Positions 10,681 through 25,071 of a stretch of 64,000 bases of DNA are shown here, one piece after another; the stretch's first letter is position 1, and each line of letters begins with the position of its first letter. The notes under the pieces were generated by a model that had not been told where the DNA came from, did not search any database, and saw only the letters and a program-made list of their open reading frames with translations. Position numbers and translations under genes: made by a program. This DNA is from Ginglymostoma cirratum (Eukaryota), in assembly GCA_024137785.1 (NCBI GenBank), contig JAHRHZ010000070.1, positions 13,150,570 to 13,214,569 of the forward strand, read 5' to 3'.

Positions 10681-12965
10681 AAATAAGAGCAGGTTCTGAC
10701 AACCCATTGGCAGAGCTCTAAGAAGCTTCAAGAATTATTGCTAACAAGAGATTTCACTGTCTTTCTGTGGAGAATCATTTTCTGCACCTACACTTTCAAT
10801 GGTGAAATCATGAGCATGAGGAGACCAGGTTAGAGAATGGGCTACAATACCCCTAACTCATTTCTCTAAAACACCCTCCTAGGGAAGAAAAAGAGAATGT
10901 ATCTTCCACAAGGGCTTTACAAAGGCAAAAACATGATTTCAATAAAAATTTGCTTCTCTAGAACATATTCATTTTAGGTGGATTGTTTTAATTTTCCCTC
11001 CCTCGTGTGTTTTGGGGCTTGTGAAAAATGCACTCAATAGTGATCAAAGTAACATCTCACGCTTGACACATTTCATCAGCTTCTTGAAACATTCATGAGA
11101 GATTCTGCTTTCCAAGTATGACCAAGTGCCTGTGATCAAAACTTGGAGCCTCACAATGACAGTAAGAAGCATTTTTCGAAAGCCTATAGTCTAACTTAAC
11201 ACAAGGCGCAAGTGTTCGGAATTGATGAACGGTGTTACCAAGATGATGGATAAAAGTTTGCATTTCAGGGTTCCCTTCTTGCAGATCCCTGAGATACAGC
11301 CTGACCAGCCACTGTGGACTGGGGTAAGTACCTTTCCCGCCATGGCCCTGAAGGAATCGGGTAATCATGTTATCCCAGGCTGTTTCTCCATCACATCCTG
11401 TCAAGTCTCAGTGATACAAGCAAATGACTGGCAGAGTCCTCAGCTAGAGAATGGCACAAATCACTGAAGAAACGAAAACTTGGAAAATTAATAGAGGGAT
11501 CTTCAAAAAATATACATAGACCTGAAAGGTTATTGACAGTAAGCAGCAATGTAGAACTGAGGTGCAACCAGATCAAGCAAAGCAGGCTCAAAGTGCTAAA
11601 TGGCCTGCTCCTGCTCCTAACTCACATGTTCAAATGACTAAGTAAAAGGAATATTGCGATTTCTAAATCCTCTGACCATTTTCAAAGTCAGATTCAAAGG
11701 GGAACTGAGTTAGTGTCGTCTACAGGCTCCATGGAAAAATACAGAGTGTTACTAGTTTATTAAATAATGTTGAAAATGATTAGGATTGATCCTCAACTAG
11801 GCTACAAAAGATTGACAGAGTAAACAAGTCTTTTCTAGGAAATAAGATTTTTAAAATATTTTCTCCAATTATGGGCTTGGTGTGCAAATGCTGGAACTTG
11901 GTATGGTTCAGCATCATCTTCCTAAAAAATGCCTTAGTCATACGATAGCTATTCCCCTCCCACTCCTTCCAGAACGACACTGACTTTCGGCTCATGTATG
12001 GCTCCATTAATGCCGTGCATGCAGTGATGTTGCAAATCTGAATAGCCACCATTAACATGCCAATTGGACAAGAAGTGTTTATGGACGATTCTTCTCTTAA
12101 GTGTATCACAACAAATCAGATTCCACTGTTACTCAATCGTCACAAGTACAAAATTTCCAACAGCGTTCACTACTCAGGGAGTCACTTGGACTGAGCTGTC
12201 TTTACCTTATCCAAGTTGGACTGAAGCCAGGTCTTGAGCACAGGCATGATAAGCCAGTGGGAAGAGGAGTTTGGTAGAAGGTGAGTTGGCCTTGGATGTT
12301 TCTAGTCTGCGTGGCTTACTTACTCACTGCTTAGTCTTGCGCAGCCTTTGATGGAGCTCCTGGGATATTTTATATTATTACAATCCACATCCAGCTTAGG
12401 AAAATCAGCAGCTACAGATGCTGCTGGGATGAAGTGAGTGAATTGCTCAGCTCCCCTGCTGATGTGCTAATCCAGAGAACAGAAGACTAGAACCACAGGC
12501 AATGAATCAAATCATCACTGCTATCAATAACATAGCTCACTGTGGTCCAGCAAAAGCTAGTCATGCTAATCTATTTACCTTCATTTCTAAAATGAGATGA
12601 GGCAGCGACATTCTTTAGAAAGATGATTTATTCCAGCAGACATACTCTAGCTTAACATTCCCCATGTCTTTTTCAACAACAACTGGCATTATATAACACC
12701 AAAGGCATTTCAGGTAAGTGATTACCAACACATTTTGACACCAAGTCTTTTAAGAGGATACAAAGACAGGTGACCAAAACTTTGTCGAAGAGACAGATTT
12801 TGAGGTGCATCCTCAAGTAGAGATGGAAAAGCCTGCCAAGGGAATTTCAGATCTTGGAGCCCCATGTGTCAATTCTGGAGGGAAAAGTGTGTGACGTTGA
12901 AATGAAGGAACGTAGAGGTCTTAAAACATTGCAGGTGAGAGGAGATCTCAGAGATAGGAGATCTG

Positions 12966-13342
12966 TTTTTTTTTATTCATTCACAGGACACAGGATGAGG
13001 GTGTTGCTGGCTAGGCAGCATTTAGTGCCCATCCCTAATTGCCCAGAGGGCAGTTAAGAGTCAACCACATTGGTGTGGGTCTGGAGTCACACGTAGGCCA
13101 GACCAGGTAAGGATGGTAGTTTCCTTCCCTAAAGGACATTAGTGAGACAGATGGGTTTTTCCAACAATCAATTCATGGTCATCATTAGATTCTTAATTCC
13201 AGATGTTTACTGAATTCAAATTCAAATTCAAATCTGCTGTAGCTTTAGAAGTGTAGCGGGATTTGAACCCGGGGCCCCAGAACATTACCTGAGTCTCTGG
13301 ATTAACAGTCCAGCGATAATACCATGAGGCCATTGCCTCCCC
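12966..13342 (-). mobile_element. Near full-length tRNA-derived DeuSINE-like element (SacSINE1-type)
   Basis: Minus strand starts ggggaggcaatggcctcatggta (A box) and gggttcaaatccc (B box), then Deu-like core and a LINE-derived tail caattagggatgggcac...gaatgaataaaaaaaaa. Confidence 0.85.
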
Positions 13343-14393
13343 TCATATGGTATCACACAAACAGGAGACCTTTGATTAAATGGGCTTCATGGTAACAATA
13401 CCACAGAGATAGGGTGTCATAATCTTCAGTTTGATGACTAGACTGTGCTAAGTCAGCTGATCGCCACTGAGATAGCAATGATGCTACAAATAACCCTTGG
13501 ATCTATGAGTGCAACTTTAGCCTCATCATGGTCTAGTGTTCTAGCATGGACTCTTGTGACACACTAACTCATCCTTTTCCATTTTGAGTGTTGTGTGTTG
13601 CCACATCTTTTGATTTTCATATCAGATTTACAGGGATATTTTCCCCATAGTTTGTTTCATGATATATTAAAAGGACACTAAATTCGGAAACAATGAATGG
13701 AATTTCAGTGGCTGGGAAGCTCTTCAATATTGTATTGATGTTTATTAGTACAATCCTTAAAAGCATGTGGAATGATTTGGAAAATCATAGACATTTCCTT
13801 TGTCTTTCCAATTTTCTCAAAAACTTACACTGCATGGAAGCTGAGTATGGAAGGGATCAGGAATGAGTTACATTGTTCATGTGAGCAGGACAGTGAGTAT
13901 GAGTAAGGCATGTCATCATGTCCATTCCAATTCCCACGCAATTACACTTTCCAAGAGCAGTTATGGGAAAATAATCAAGCTGACAGATTGTGGCTGACAT
14001 TTTTCCACCTGAACTCAGGGATGATTTTCCAACCAGTACCACAATCAGGGTTAGCTGAAAACTTTGTTGTGCACTGACTATACTTCTAAAGCCACCAGTT
14101 TGAATTGGCTTTCTTGTAATTGCTGGATTTTGCACTTTCCAGACAGTGGGCTTTTTAAACTGGACAAGAACACAACAATATGATCACATTTCACACTGGT
14201 GCAATAGGCGGATGCAGTTCCTCTCTCACCTCCATTTTACAGGTGTCAACACTAATAACTTCATACATGTTTTTTTCTTTTTTCCAGTATTAAGCTTTGG
14301 ACAGGACAAAAACTGAGCACATTCATAGAATATTGCAAACAATTGTGGCATCTCTGCCCATCATTGTTCCAAAGCAAATCAAAACTTTACTTA

Positions 14394-14561
<168 letters not shown>

Positions 14562-17500
14562 TTATTTCATTAATGCAGTCTTATCATTTCACCAACTGGA
14601 TTACGGAGACAAAATAGTGGTGTTGGACAGGTGGTGATGGGTTTCTGTCTGTGAAGCAAGAAATGTTCATCGACAATTTAAGAATCCTGTGTCCATCCAG
14701 GAGATGGGAGCACAAATTCATCAAATACATCATATCAAAGCAGGATTTTGAATCTTTTTTCTCCTTACCTAATCTGCTCTAGATAATTCAGCACTAGATT
14801 TTACTTTACTCTTGATCAAACCCACATGAGGTATTGGGGATGACATGTAAACAAACTTCTGATTTGGCAAATGCACCATTAAGTCAAATCCCAATCTGGA
14901 GCACTGGCAATTGAAACTGGCAAAAAACAACGCTGTGAAACTAGGTCTGTTTTCCCACACTGATGTCAACAACAAAAAATCTTCCTCTGCCATTTTCACA
15001 GGAGTAACCAACCACTCTAGATTTGAAAACTTTTTCAAAGCAGTGCAAATTCAGGGATTACGAAACCTTAAAACAACAACTCGTCCTTGGAAGAATGAAA
15101 GAGAAAGAGGGCATAGTAAACAGGAAGAATTGAGGATAGACACAGAGCTGGGCTTTAAAAATAAGTCAGTGACAATTCAGTGTTCAGTTTTAATGTCTTT
15201 CAAACAACCATTTGCCACAGGGAAAAGTTCGTTGCTGCCAAAGTAAACACAAGTTTATGCCTTGAGTACAATCAAACCTAAGAAGGAATTAGCCACAGCA
15301 ACACATTACCTGCAGCAAGGAACTAAGAGTGTGCCCAAAGTCTGAAGCTGTAGGATGCCCCTGTAATTTCTGGTTTCACAGTGTATCAAACAAGGACCCA
15401 TTAGCCCCTGATGAATTCATGCCTTCTTTCATCGCTGACTTAAAGAAACAATGAAAAAGTGTTTGAAATGTGATTAAAGTGGAATACGTAGGTCCATGAA
15501 TATTGCGGCGATAAGATTAATCTTAGTGCATTACGGTTTGGGTGTTGTGCAAGGTTTTCTGTCTTGTGTTGAGACTGATGAGTGGAAATCAATTGTCAAG
15601 TCTGATAAAAGTCTAACAGGGCAGTGAAGGGTTATTGAGATGACATGGTAGATTTAGTGCCAGACAAGCAGAGGTATAGATAGATGTACAGCAATTAGAA
15701 AGCTCCCACCACAGACAATTTCAAAGCAGAGATGAGAATGACTTCTTTGGCAAGACATGTTGTATCAGAGCTGATAGTCATTTAAGGTGAGAGACAAGTA
15801 GAATCAGGTTTGATGCACCCCTTATATGCCCAATATCGTGCTCCAATAAATACCTTGACAAAACCGATAGACCTTTTCACAAATCTATAGGCCAACCCAA
15901 TAAACACCTTCACAAGTTAATAAACCCTTTCGCTTTCAAATTCCAATAAACCATTTTACAAACTAACTCCAATAAAATGCCCCATATACCCAATACACCA
16001 ATTCACAAAAAATCTTCTCAAAATCCAGATTGTCACTGTCAAATGATATACTGGAGGGCTGTTGCTGCCTGTGGATCTAACCTCAGCAAAGGAAGAAAAT
16101 CAGATTGAGCTCAAATATGAAATTGATTTACTGCTGTCCAGAAAAGTGGCAAACTGTTGATAATATCCAATCAATTGAAAAGCTGGGTGACTGTTGGAAG
16201 TTATAAATAATGGAAGTTATTAGCATTACATAGACATCATCCCAGAATCTTCGTTCCACTTCAATGTACGTAAATCCTGAAAGGGTGGGAGGTGAGAAAT
16301 TGTTTTTAAATTGAGGGCTACATTTGTAACAATTCTACACTAAAATAATACTCATAGACTATTGCAAAACGTAGAAAATGTCTGGCTAAAGCATTAACAG
16401 TGTGATTGCCATTGTTAGCTGTGTCACTCTTCAGGGATATTACAAATTTGAAACTAGGAAATAACTAAGTAATTGTCCTGGAATTTTGAAACAATATTCA
16501 ATGGCCTCCAATAGTCATAGAAAACATGTGCAGTAATTGTCTTGCACTTTTCAAATGACAACTTTATCAATTAATTTGCCGATCTCTAGCTCAGTTGAAG
16601 GTGCGGCACTGTTCAGTATTTTACTCAGTACAGATTGGGTGACTGGATGTGCTGATGATTCCACGGAAACCTCAGCTCTCCGATATAATGTAAGGAGAGA
16701 GCCAGAGCTCTAAGGAGATGGTGTCCAAAATATACATCAGTCAGCATCTGGAAAGGAAAGGCAAGCAAATGATATAGATGTTCAGGATTTCCACGTCGCT
16801 TTCACTTTCAAATGCTGAATGCCCAACATTTCATATTTTTCTTTCAGATTTCCACCATCTGCAAGTTTTTTTTTCCTTCTCTCATCTCCAATGTACTTTC
16901 TGAAAATGTATTTATCATTGCTTGTACCTTTGAACAGGGACTGCACTTCAAAAATTATTTACTGATTGCAGGGCTTTGGGAAGTCCTGACTGAGATTGTG
17001 AAACACACTTTATAAAAACGGAGACATTTCTTTCTTGAGTTGCCGGTTAGAATATATTTAACTTTGGCTTTAAATGTTAAATTTTACAGATGTTGACAAA
17101 GAAACTGGTATGTGGAGCATAATTATCTATGAAAAAAGCTATCATTGTGCTCTTTCTAAAACACTAGTTATACCCACCATTGAGGGACAGATGCTTCTTC
17201 CAGACTGCTCTTGGCGAGTTTAAAGAACATTATGTGATTAGGATCTCATGGGAGCATTTCAATTTAAAATAAGATTCTTACTTGAAAGAAAACTGGAAAG
17301 GACAATGTGAAGAGTTGCAGATGTGCTTGGAGGAGGTAAAGCAAAGACGAAGTGAAACAAAAGAGATTATTTCTCCAAAGAGTCTTTTGTAATTATGTAA
17401 AAAGAGAGCATGTGTATACATGGATGTATTTCATATGTCAGTGCCTTTATGTGTTTGTTTTGTTTAGTTCGTCCTCATTTATATTACAGAGCTACTTCAA

Positions 17501-18029
17501 GTAGTAATTCTATAATAGACTTGGCTGTGGCAATTTGCCCATTCATTCTGTACGGCAGATTCAACATCACTAGCAGCAAAAGACAAACAGCTGTGGTTAG
17601 CATGTCCACATTTGCTTGCAGACTGCAATTTGCAACTCGCCTTTCCAACTTTCATTTTGCAGCAAAGTCCTGAAACCACATCTGAGTCAATGCAGCCAGG
17701 AAAATGCCGTCCGACTGAGCAACCATTTCCAGTTCTAGTTTGCTATAGCAGCCTCTGAAAGTGGGGGGTGGAGGGGACTCAATCACATCTTCATGTGACT
17801 TCTAGGCTCCTACAGAGGCAGCAGTGTTGGCCGATTTACCTCATGCTCTGACAGCGCTGTGAAGTAAATACAGAATTAGAGAATTTGAAGTAGTCAATGC
17901 GGCTGAATGGAATTTTGCCAACAGTATGATTCATACTGTGGAGTGGAGGGGAAAGGCTGGTAGTATTTTTCTTCTGTGTCTTAATTATTTTAATTTAAAC
18001 TGAGTATTGCTCATACCTCTGGGCATGGA

Positions 18030-18152
18030 AACAGTAAGGACCACAGATGCTGCAAGCCAGAGTCAATAGATGTGAAACTGGAAAAGCACAGCAGGTGAGA
18101 CAGCATCTGAGGAGCAGGAAAGTCAATGTTTTGGGCCGAAATGCTTCCTGAG
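18030..18152 (-). mobile_element. Degenerate Penelope-like terminal fragment
   Basis: Homologous to the 57107-57225 PLE end (tttcctgctcct.agatgctg...cctgctgtg.tt.tccag...cagcatctg); hammerhead core decayed. Confidence 0.65.
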
Positions 18153-19149
18153 GGCACCCTTCCTCAGAAACTACTGGGCCTGATTGTATGAGGAAAGTGA
18201 TATAACATAAGAGGACATATCAACTGATCTTGCCTCACAGGTTATGCAGATTTTTAATCTTCCCCAAGATTCAGTAGAGTTACTCACATGGTGTTGACAG
18301 CACTTGCTGCTTGAACAAAAGTATTGATTAAAACAGCTCAGTTACAGTCATACAGACCAGGGATTTTGTGCTGTTCCACTCTATGCCAAGTGAGCTACTT
18401 GCAGGAGACAAGGTGGAGCAGAAAACTGGCCGAAAATAAAGAGATACTGAACATTAGAATCACTTTAAAAGTGAAAAAGTGATGAATATCTATCTGTTTT
18501 CACTATCACCAGTGTTGGGGCAATAAATTGGTGGAAAATCTGCTGGGTTTGGAAGGCAAAACTCAGGGATGATTGACGTTCCTGACCAAAAAAAAAATCT
18601 ACTGAAGGTAGGGTTGATCTTGGCAGCGATAGTGGCTTTTGTCAAATTAACTGGTAGCAAATCAATGTGTGGCCTAATTCAGGGAGAACAGTCACTTCAG
18701 CAAGGTAATGGAAGATCCCTGAGCCTGTGGCTCTCTAGCAGCAGTTAACATCCTCCGAAAAGGAATGAGCATAATTAGTGACTTTTTTTGGTCAAACTGC
18801 TTTAAAGGTATTATGATGTTTCACGCCCACCAAACTTTAGCCACTTTTCAGTTCCAAACTCCTGACAATGTCAATATCTTGTAAGATATAGTGTGGTTGG
18901 CGTCATGTCCTGTGATTCCTCCCACGAAGAAGCATTGCTGAAAAGATAGCTTAGCGAGTTTTGGTGTGAGACTCACCAAGGGACATTAAAACAGAGCTGG
19001 ATTCAAAAGCAATATCCACTTGACTCAAATCTATCAGGAAATGTTAGGTAGAACAGGAGTGAAAAGTTTGGCTAATATTCTCCTCCCTAACTCGTGAAAG
19101 ACTAGTTATAATGCTCTGACCATAAGATCAACAAAGTCATCAAAAATAA

Positions 19150-19640
19150 TAGTTTAGTATTGCACAGGAGGAGACCACCTAGCCTACTGATTTTGTGTTA
19201 GCTCTTTTGAAGAGTAATTTGGTTAATCCCACTTCCTTGCACTTTTCGCATATCACAACATGTTTTCCTCCTGTTCCCTTTTGAAGGCCACTGTTTGATT
19301 CCATTTTCAGGAAATGCATTTCGAATTCTAACTGCTCAGTGTGTAAGAAGCTTTTCTCCTGGATCTTTTGCTAAACACCTTTAATCAATCCTTGAGCCAC
19401 TGAAAACAGTTCAATTTTATTTACTCTATCTAAACACCTTCATGGTTTTAACCATCTTTCACATCCCTCCTACCCTCAGATATAAACAACCCTTTTTCAG
19501 TCCATAGATGCAACTGTAATATCTCAGTATTCTACACAATTTCTGCACCACCCTCTGCAAAGCTTTCCTTTTCTTTCTAAAGTTTGGTGTTAAGAATTGA
19601 ACTGACTACTCCAGCTGGGAACAAACCAGTGTCTTACTCA
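19150..19640 (-). mobile_element. Highly degenerate CR1 3' fragment
   Basis: Reverse complement resembles the CR1 terminal region (tactccagctgggaacaaaccagtg, equivalent to LVRPQLEY on the minus strand). Confidence 0.55.
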
Positions 19641-22600
19641 GAAGAATCATTAAAGTCAAGAACAAATATGATGAAGTTTAAGCTGATGAAATAACAAATT
19701 AGCATTCACAAATAATGTCAACACAATTCCAATTATGGCCCAAAAATAACCGAATGCAATGAATGACGAGGAGTGAGTTAAAGATATACAAAACCTGGCC
19801 ACTATCAGGAAAAGAGAAGGCAATTGTTAAACAACAAAAATGGCATTGATGTTTATGGATGAGTTCTCAAAGTGGTATAACAGAATTGCTGAGGGGTGGG
19901 ATAACAGAAGCAGTCAAATAAAAATCAAGCAAAACATTTTGTCTTATTACTAATTAAAATTTCTGAGACTTTAAAAGGGAAGTAATTACAGACACATAGA
20001 AACTAATGACCTTTCTAAAAATATAATAACTTAACAGAACATTAAGCAACATTATGTTGTGTGAAGTGTGCGCAACTTTGTTTAGAAGATTAAAGCACAT
20101 CTGAACTAATATGGTCATTAGATTAGCTCCCAATTATGTAATTGATAATTTGGGAAACATTCAACATCCATTATCTTCTTTGTTAAAGATGTAAAATCAT
20201 AATCTTTCAAAGAAATACTGGAATAACAAGGAAACATGGAATTATCTTTTGGTGAAACAATGGTAGCCGATTCCACAAACATTTGCTCCTGTTGAGTGTG
20301 TAATTTAAAAATCAGAATAAAAACAAATGGTTTTTCAGGTAAGCTCCTCACACTACTCTCCCAATAGAGAAGAAAAGGCTTCACTGATAAGTACAATCAA
20401 ATGAATATTAAAGACTAAGCTGGTACTTTGGATCTTTTCTCATCATTTACATTTCTTTGGTACCCCACGTACGACTTCTGAAGTGGCCAAAACCTTCGCC
20501 TCAGCCTAGGATTAAATAAAAGATATTCAGCTGTGAAAATATCTATTAATCACTCTGCACCTCCCTCCCACCCACCTATCTTTTAACAAGGGGAAGTTTG
20601 CTTTATGGGGACTTGTACCTAGCCATTGAGAGATAATTATGCTACTACACCAGTTCGATGTTCAGTTATGCTATGCAAAACCTCCAATGTAAGGAATTTC
20701 TATAACTGTTGCAGAGTCCTTGTGCAATAGAAATGAATCAATTTAAAGTATCAATATAGAACAGATAAACTGAATACAGAAGATCAACATAGATTATTTT
20801 CTTTCAGATTGCACAAAGAATTATTTTTGGGCGTTAGCTATTTTCTATAAATAAAGGGAAAAATGACAAGAAGTTGAATGTCAGTAGTTCTGGGACCCCG
20901 TCAGCACCAGCAGGAACCAGTTGCTCAAGGGAAGACATTGAAAGATGCTGGCAGTACCACAGAGGTGACAGTAACAGCCTTAGCCATTAACTCCAGGGTC
21001 ATATGATTCGAAAAGAATCAGGCACTGATTCCATAATTGCAGAACACAGACTGGGCTTTGTGGAAAAATGGAGGAGACTTAGGGCCAAAAGTCTTTTCTA
21101 AACCACCAGGGAATCTGACATATACCCACCACCAGACTGCCAAACACCTGATGCATGCACAATAATATTCTGAGAGGACTCCGATACATACCCACCACCA
21201 AACAACAGACACTTAAGACATACTCACAAATAGCAATGATAGCAGATATATTCCAACCACCAGACTGCCAGCCATCTGATGGATACCTGCAAATACCCTG
21301 CAAGATTCAGACAGGTACCCATCACCAGACACCTAATGCATCCCCAGAAACAGCCTGGCAAGATTAAAATACATAACTGGACTGTCAGATTTCAGCAAGT
21401 ATTTTTAAATTGCCTGACGTTGATCGTAAAAGCACAAATGCAATATGTTCACACACAAATGCAGTATCCAAAGGCTTTAGGAGTAATTTGAATTATCTGG
21501 GACCTCCCTCACCGAGACAGCCAGCATTTTAAAACAAATCCACCACCACCAGAGTAAGAGGGAAACAGAGCCTCAATGACAAAATCCATGACCAAGACGC
21601 AAAACAGAGTAATAAAAGTATCCTTACCTTATTGTGGAGGAAAGCACTGGGTTCAATAGTGACTGAAACAGGTGAACATTAATCCCAAATAGATGCCACT
21701 TAAACTTCTTTCCTCTTTTGTAAAGATACAGCACTATTTCAGTCTTAACTTTTCATATAATTATATGAAGAGGGTAATTTGGAACAGGTTCCACACTAAT
21801 GTTTCAGCATAAGAAATTACTTCAAAATATGTAGAACACTTCAAAATAACCTTGTTGACATAAATTGCGAAATTAGAATTCCTGTTTATATCAGGCTTTA
21901 GGACTGAATATTGCACCTAATCAGATAGTTAAGATTGTAATGAACATTTTACAACATTAGGTGTTAAGACTTCTTAATAGTGCAAAATACCCTGGTACTT
22001 TTCTCCTCTTCCATTATAGCTGCTGCAGGATTTAATCATCCCACAATAGTGGGGGACTGGGGACAGGGTACAGGTGGCAAAGCATCAATGAGAAATGCCA
22101 CTTTGTGTCTTTAATAAAGCTAATTCACACGAAGCTCAATTGGCTGTGGCATATAGGTACCATTACTATCTTTTGACGAGCTACCTTAAATATTGCACAG
22201 GTCAAAGCTGCAGTGCAATTCATGAATTCTAAATGGACCCTTACTGATAGTAAGCTTCTCACTTGCACCAGCTTCAGTTTACAGGTTGTTACAAATTTAC
22301 CGTATTGATTCAACTCATCTCAAATCCAAAGACAAACTAAAAGGGAAGATGGAAAAATGAACCATTAGGTATTTCCACAACCAGTTAACTTAGTCCTCTG
22401 CTTGCACTGGTGCACTCAGGAATGATCCTCATTCACCACTGGCGACCATTAATGTCACATCCTGACAGCTCAATGGCTGACAACAGTTGGATTAGCAGTG
22501 CAAGCAGGAGGTGGCATAGTGGTAGTGGTGGAGAGCATTTTTCTAATCCCTTAAATTGAGTACAGTAGTACTGAAAATACCAGTGATAGTAAGGAGAGGG

Positions 22601-24802
22601 AAATTTCCAGGAATTAGATCCCTTCTAATTTTCCAGCAGATAGGCATCATTGTTTCCAGATCTCTGGAAAGGGACAGAAAGAGAGATACAACCAATGCCT
22701 GACAAACAGAGTGTGGAACATGCATGCATGTGGCTGATATCTGGTAGTCCATTTATTTATTTTTGTTGAGACGGGAGCAGGGCTTGGGAAGCAACTATGT
22801 AACTTCTCTGACCTTAGTTATCATAGTGCTTCAATTTGACAAATACTTCAATGTTTACATTTTGAGAGGCAAAACCAGCTTAAAACTCTCAGCGGAGAAT
22901 CCAACTGAGCACAAATGTTATTGGAAACAGGCAGCAGTCAAACACAATTATCACTCACATTAAAAAGGAAAGAAATAAACAACACAACAGAAAGTCAAAA
23001 GACATAAAACACAAGGAGAATAAACCACGGTTATAGTGAATTAACGTGCAAATGCAGCCATGCAACAAAGAACCCAAGGGGCTGACAAGTTTAAGAGCAG
23101 CTCCAGCATCAGCACCAGACTCAGCTATACCTCTGTCTACTGCTCTAATCCTCATGTCATTGCATTTGTGCATTAAAAGCATAATTGTTTTCACAGAAAG
23201 TACCGTTGGTTTGTCCTGTGATAAAGCCTCTCAAAGAACGCAAGTTTCAGAGAGATGATCAAAGAAGAAACCGTGGTATATTTTGCTTTGCATGTCAGTC
23301 TGCACCAGTGGTTGCCTGCTTGGGCGCATTGGATTTACGCAATGCAACTTCACAATCTGATGGCAGGCTTTATTTGTTCTAATTCTCATCACAGACTGCT
23401 TATGAACAGTGACAGCCAACAAACTGCAAGCTATCTTAATTGGTATTTAGACATTCCGTTGCTGTACAAAATGAATGTTTATGTTCAGGGCTACATTGAT
23501 ACGTTAAAATTAGAAAGTTGGAAAATAAGTTGTTTATAAAATGTCACTTCATATCAACTTCCTCTTGATTAGAAAAGGTTGACTCATACGAAAGGCAAGA
23601 ACTCCAGCTAGCCTTCATGGCTGAGGCCAGAAGCCACACTTGCCAGCTGTGGTTTAAGACGCTGCATGGCTGGAAATTACAACCACATGGTCTTTCTTAT
23701 CTCCTGGGCAGGGGTTCTGAAGATTCTGACAACTCATTCTCTCAACATTAGGCTCCAAATGAAAATCAAAATGTTCGCCAAACATAACATATCGTCAATC
23801 TTCTTCTGCTAATGGGGAAATGAGACTAAAAAACAAAGGATGCTGACTTTCACACAGTGTTTCCCAGCTATACAAGCAATGATGCAAAGTCCAAGTGACT
23901 AAAGGTCTTAAAAACTTTACACCACACATAAATTAAGACTGATTCATGGAATTTTATCTCCACCAGGCAGTTTGTGTGCTGATGAAAGAGCAGAGTTTCA
24001 ATTAGGGTGGGATTGAAAATCTGAGGGAATTCACAAAGACAAAAATTAGCAGAAGCAACAAACAATAACTATCTAAAAGCAAAATGCCCAGTCAGCCAAG
24101 CAGGCTGCTGACAGACTGTAAAGCAAGCCAAAAGCATTTAGAATCTGAAGGGCTAGGAGTTAAGGCCTTCAGAGTTTGGGGGAGTGGAAGGGAAGGGAGG
24201 GATAGGGGGCTTTGACTGAAGATCAGGCCACGGTTTTAGACCACACAGCATTGCAGAACTGAACACTAGTGACAGATGAGCCTCTGGCAAGCTCTCATGA
24301 AATGGTTTCCATGGAAGAGTCACATGGACTTTAATGAAACATGGAAAATACAAGCTGCACGCAGGAAACAAAGTAGTTGAAAATGTCAGACCAATGGAAG
24401 AACTGACTACAAGTTTAGAATAAATATTTTTTAAAAATTATTTGAAATAAATCATTCTAAATGACATTGTAAATATGAAAATCAAGACAATAATTTTATC
24501 CTATTTTTGGAGAAAACCAAAAACAAGGTAGCTACAACAGTCTGACTGCCATGCATTTCTTCAGCCTCTTCTTTGTCCACAGACTAATAAAACAACAAGA
24601 ATTCTTGTTTCAGGTACTCACAAAATAAAAGTTAACAACTGTGGCATGTGCCTTATCATAACCTAGGTCTCCAAAGACAGTGTGACAATCCTAGTAGTAA
24701 CATCTGACATCACAGCGCAAACAAATGAATAGATCTGTGGTGCAGAGGTCACCATTAAGAGTTCAGAGGTCACACAAGCACACCTTGTTTGGTTCAACTT
24801 AC

Positions 24803-24894
24803 TTTCTGCCTCGAGTCGCATTAAAAGTCCCTCCATATTTCTTCCGATTAAGGATGAGAGCAGCAATTTCTGGTACGTAGCGAGCAAACATTGC
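24803..24894 (-). CDS. kcnma1: BK/Slo1 mutually exclusive alternative exon 9 (e9alt)
   Basis: catgcatgtag|GCAATGTTTGCTCGC...GGCAGAAA|gtaagt. Same 92-nt length and phase as exon 9; encodes [30 protein letters not shown](K), matching the vertebrate Slo1 e9alt peptide. Confidence 0.93.
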
Positions 24895-24978
24895 CTACAT
24901 GCATGAAACAGAAAAAGAAAATGGCATGCAGAGAGTATTCTACTGCAATAGAGGCAGCAGAGGCCCATGGGATACTTA

Positions 24979-25071
<93 letters not shown>

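Noticed and set aside
13255-13342. tRNA-like A/B boxes (also at ~4023-4097 and ~34208-34280)
   Set aside because: SINE heads continuous with SINE bodies; they do not fold into a full cloverleaf.
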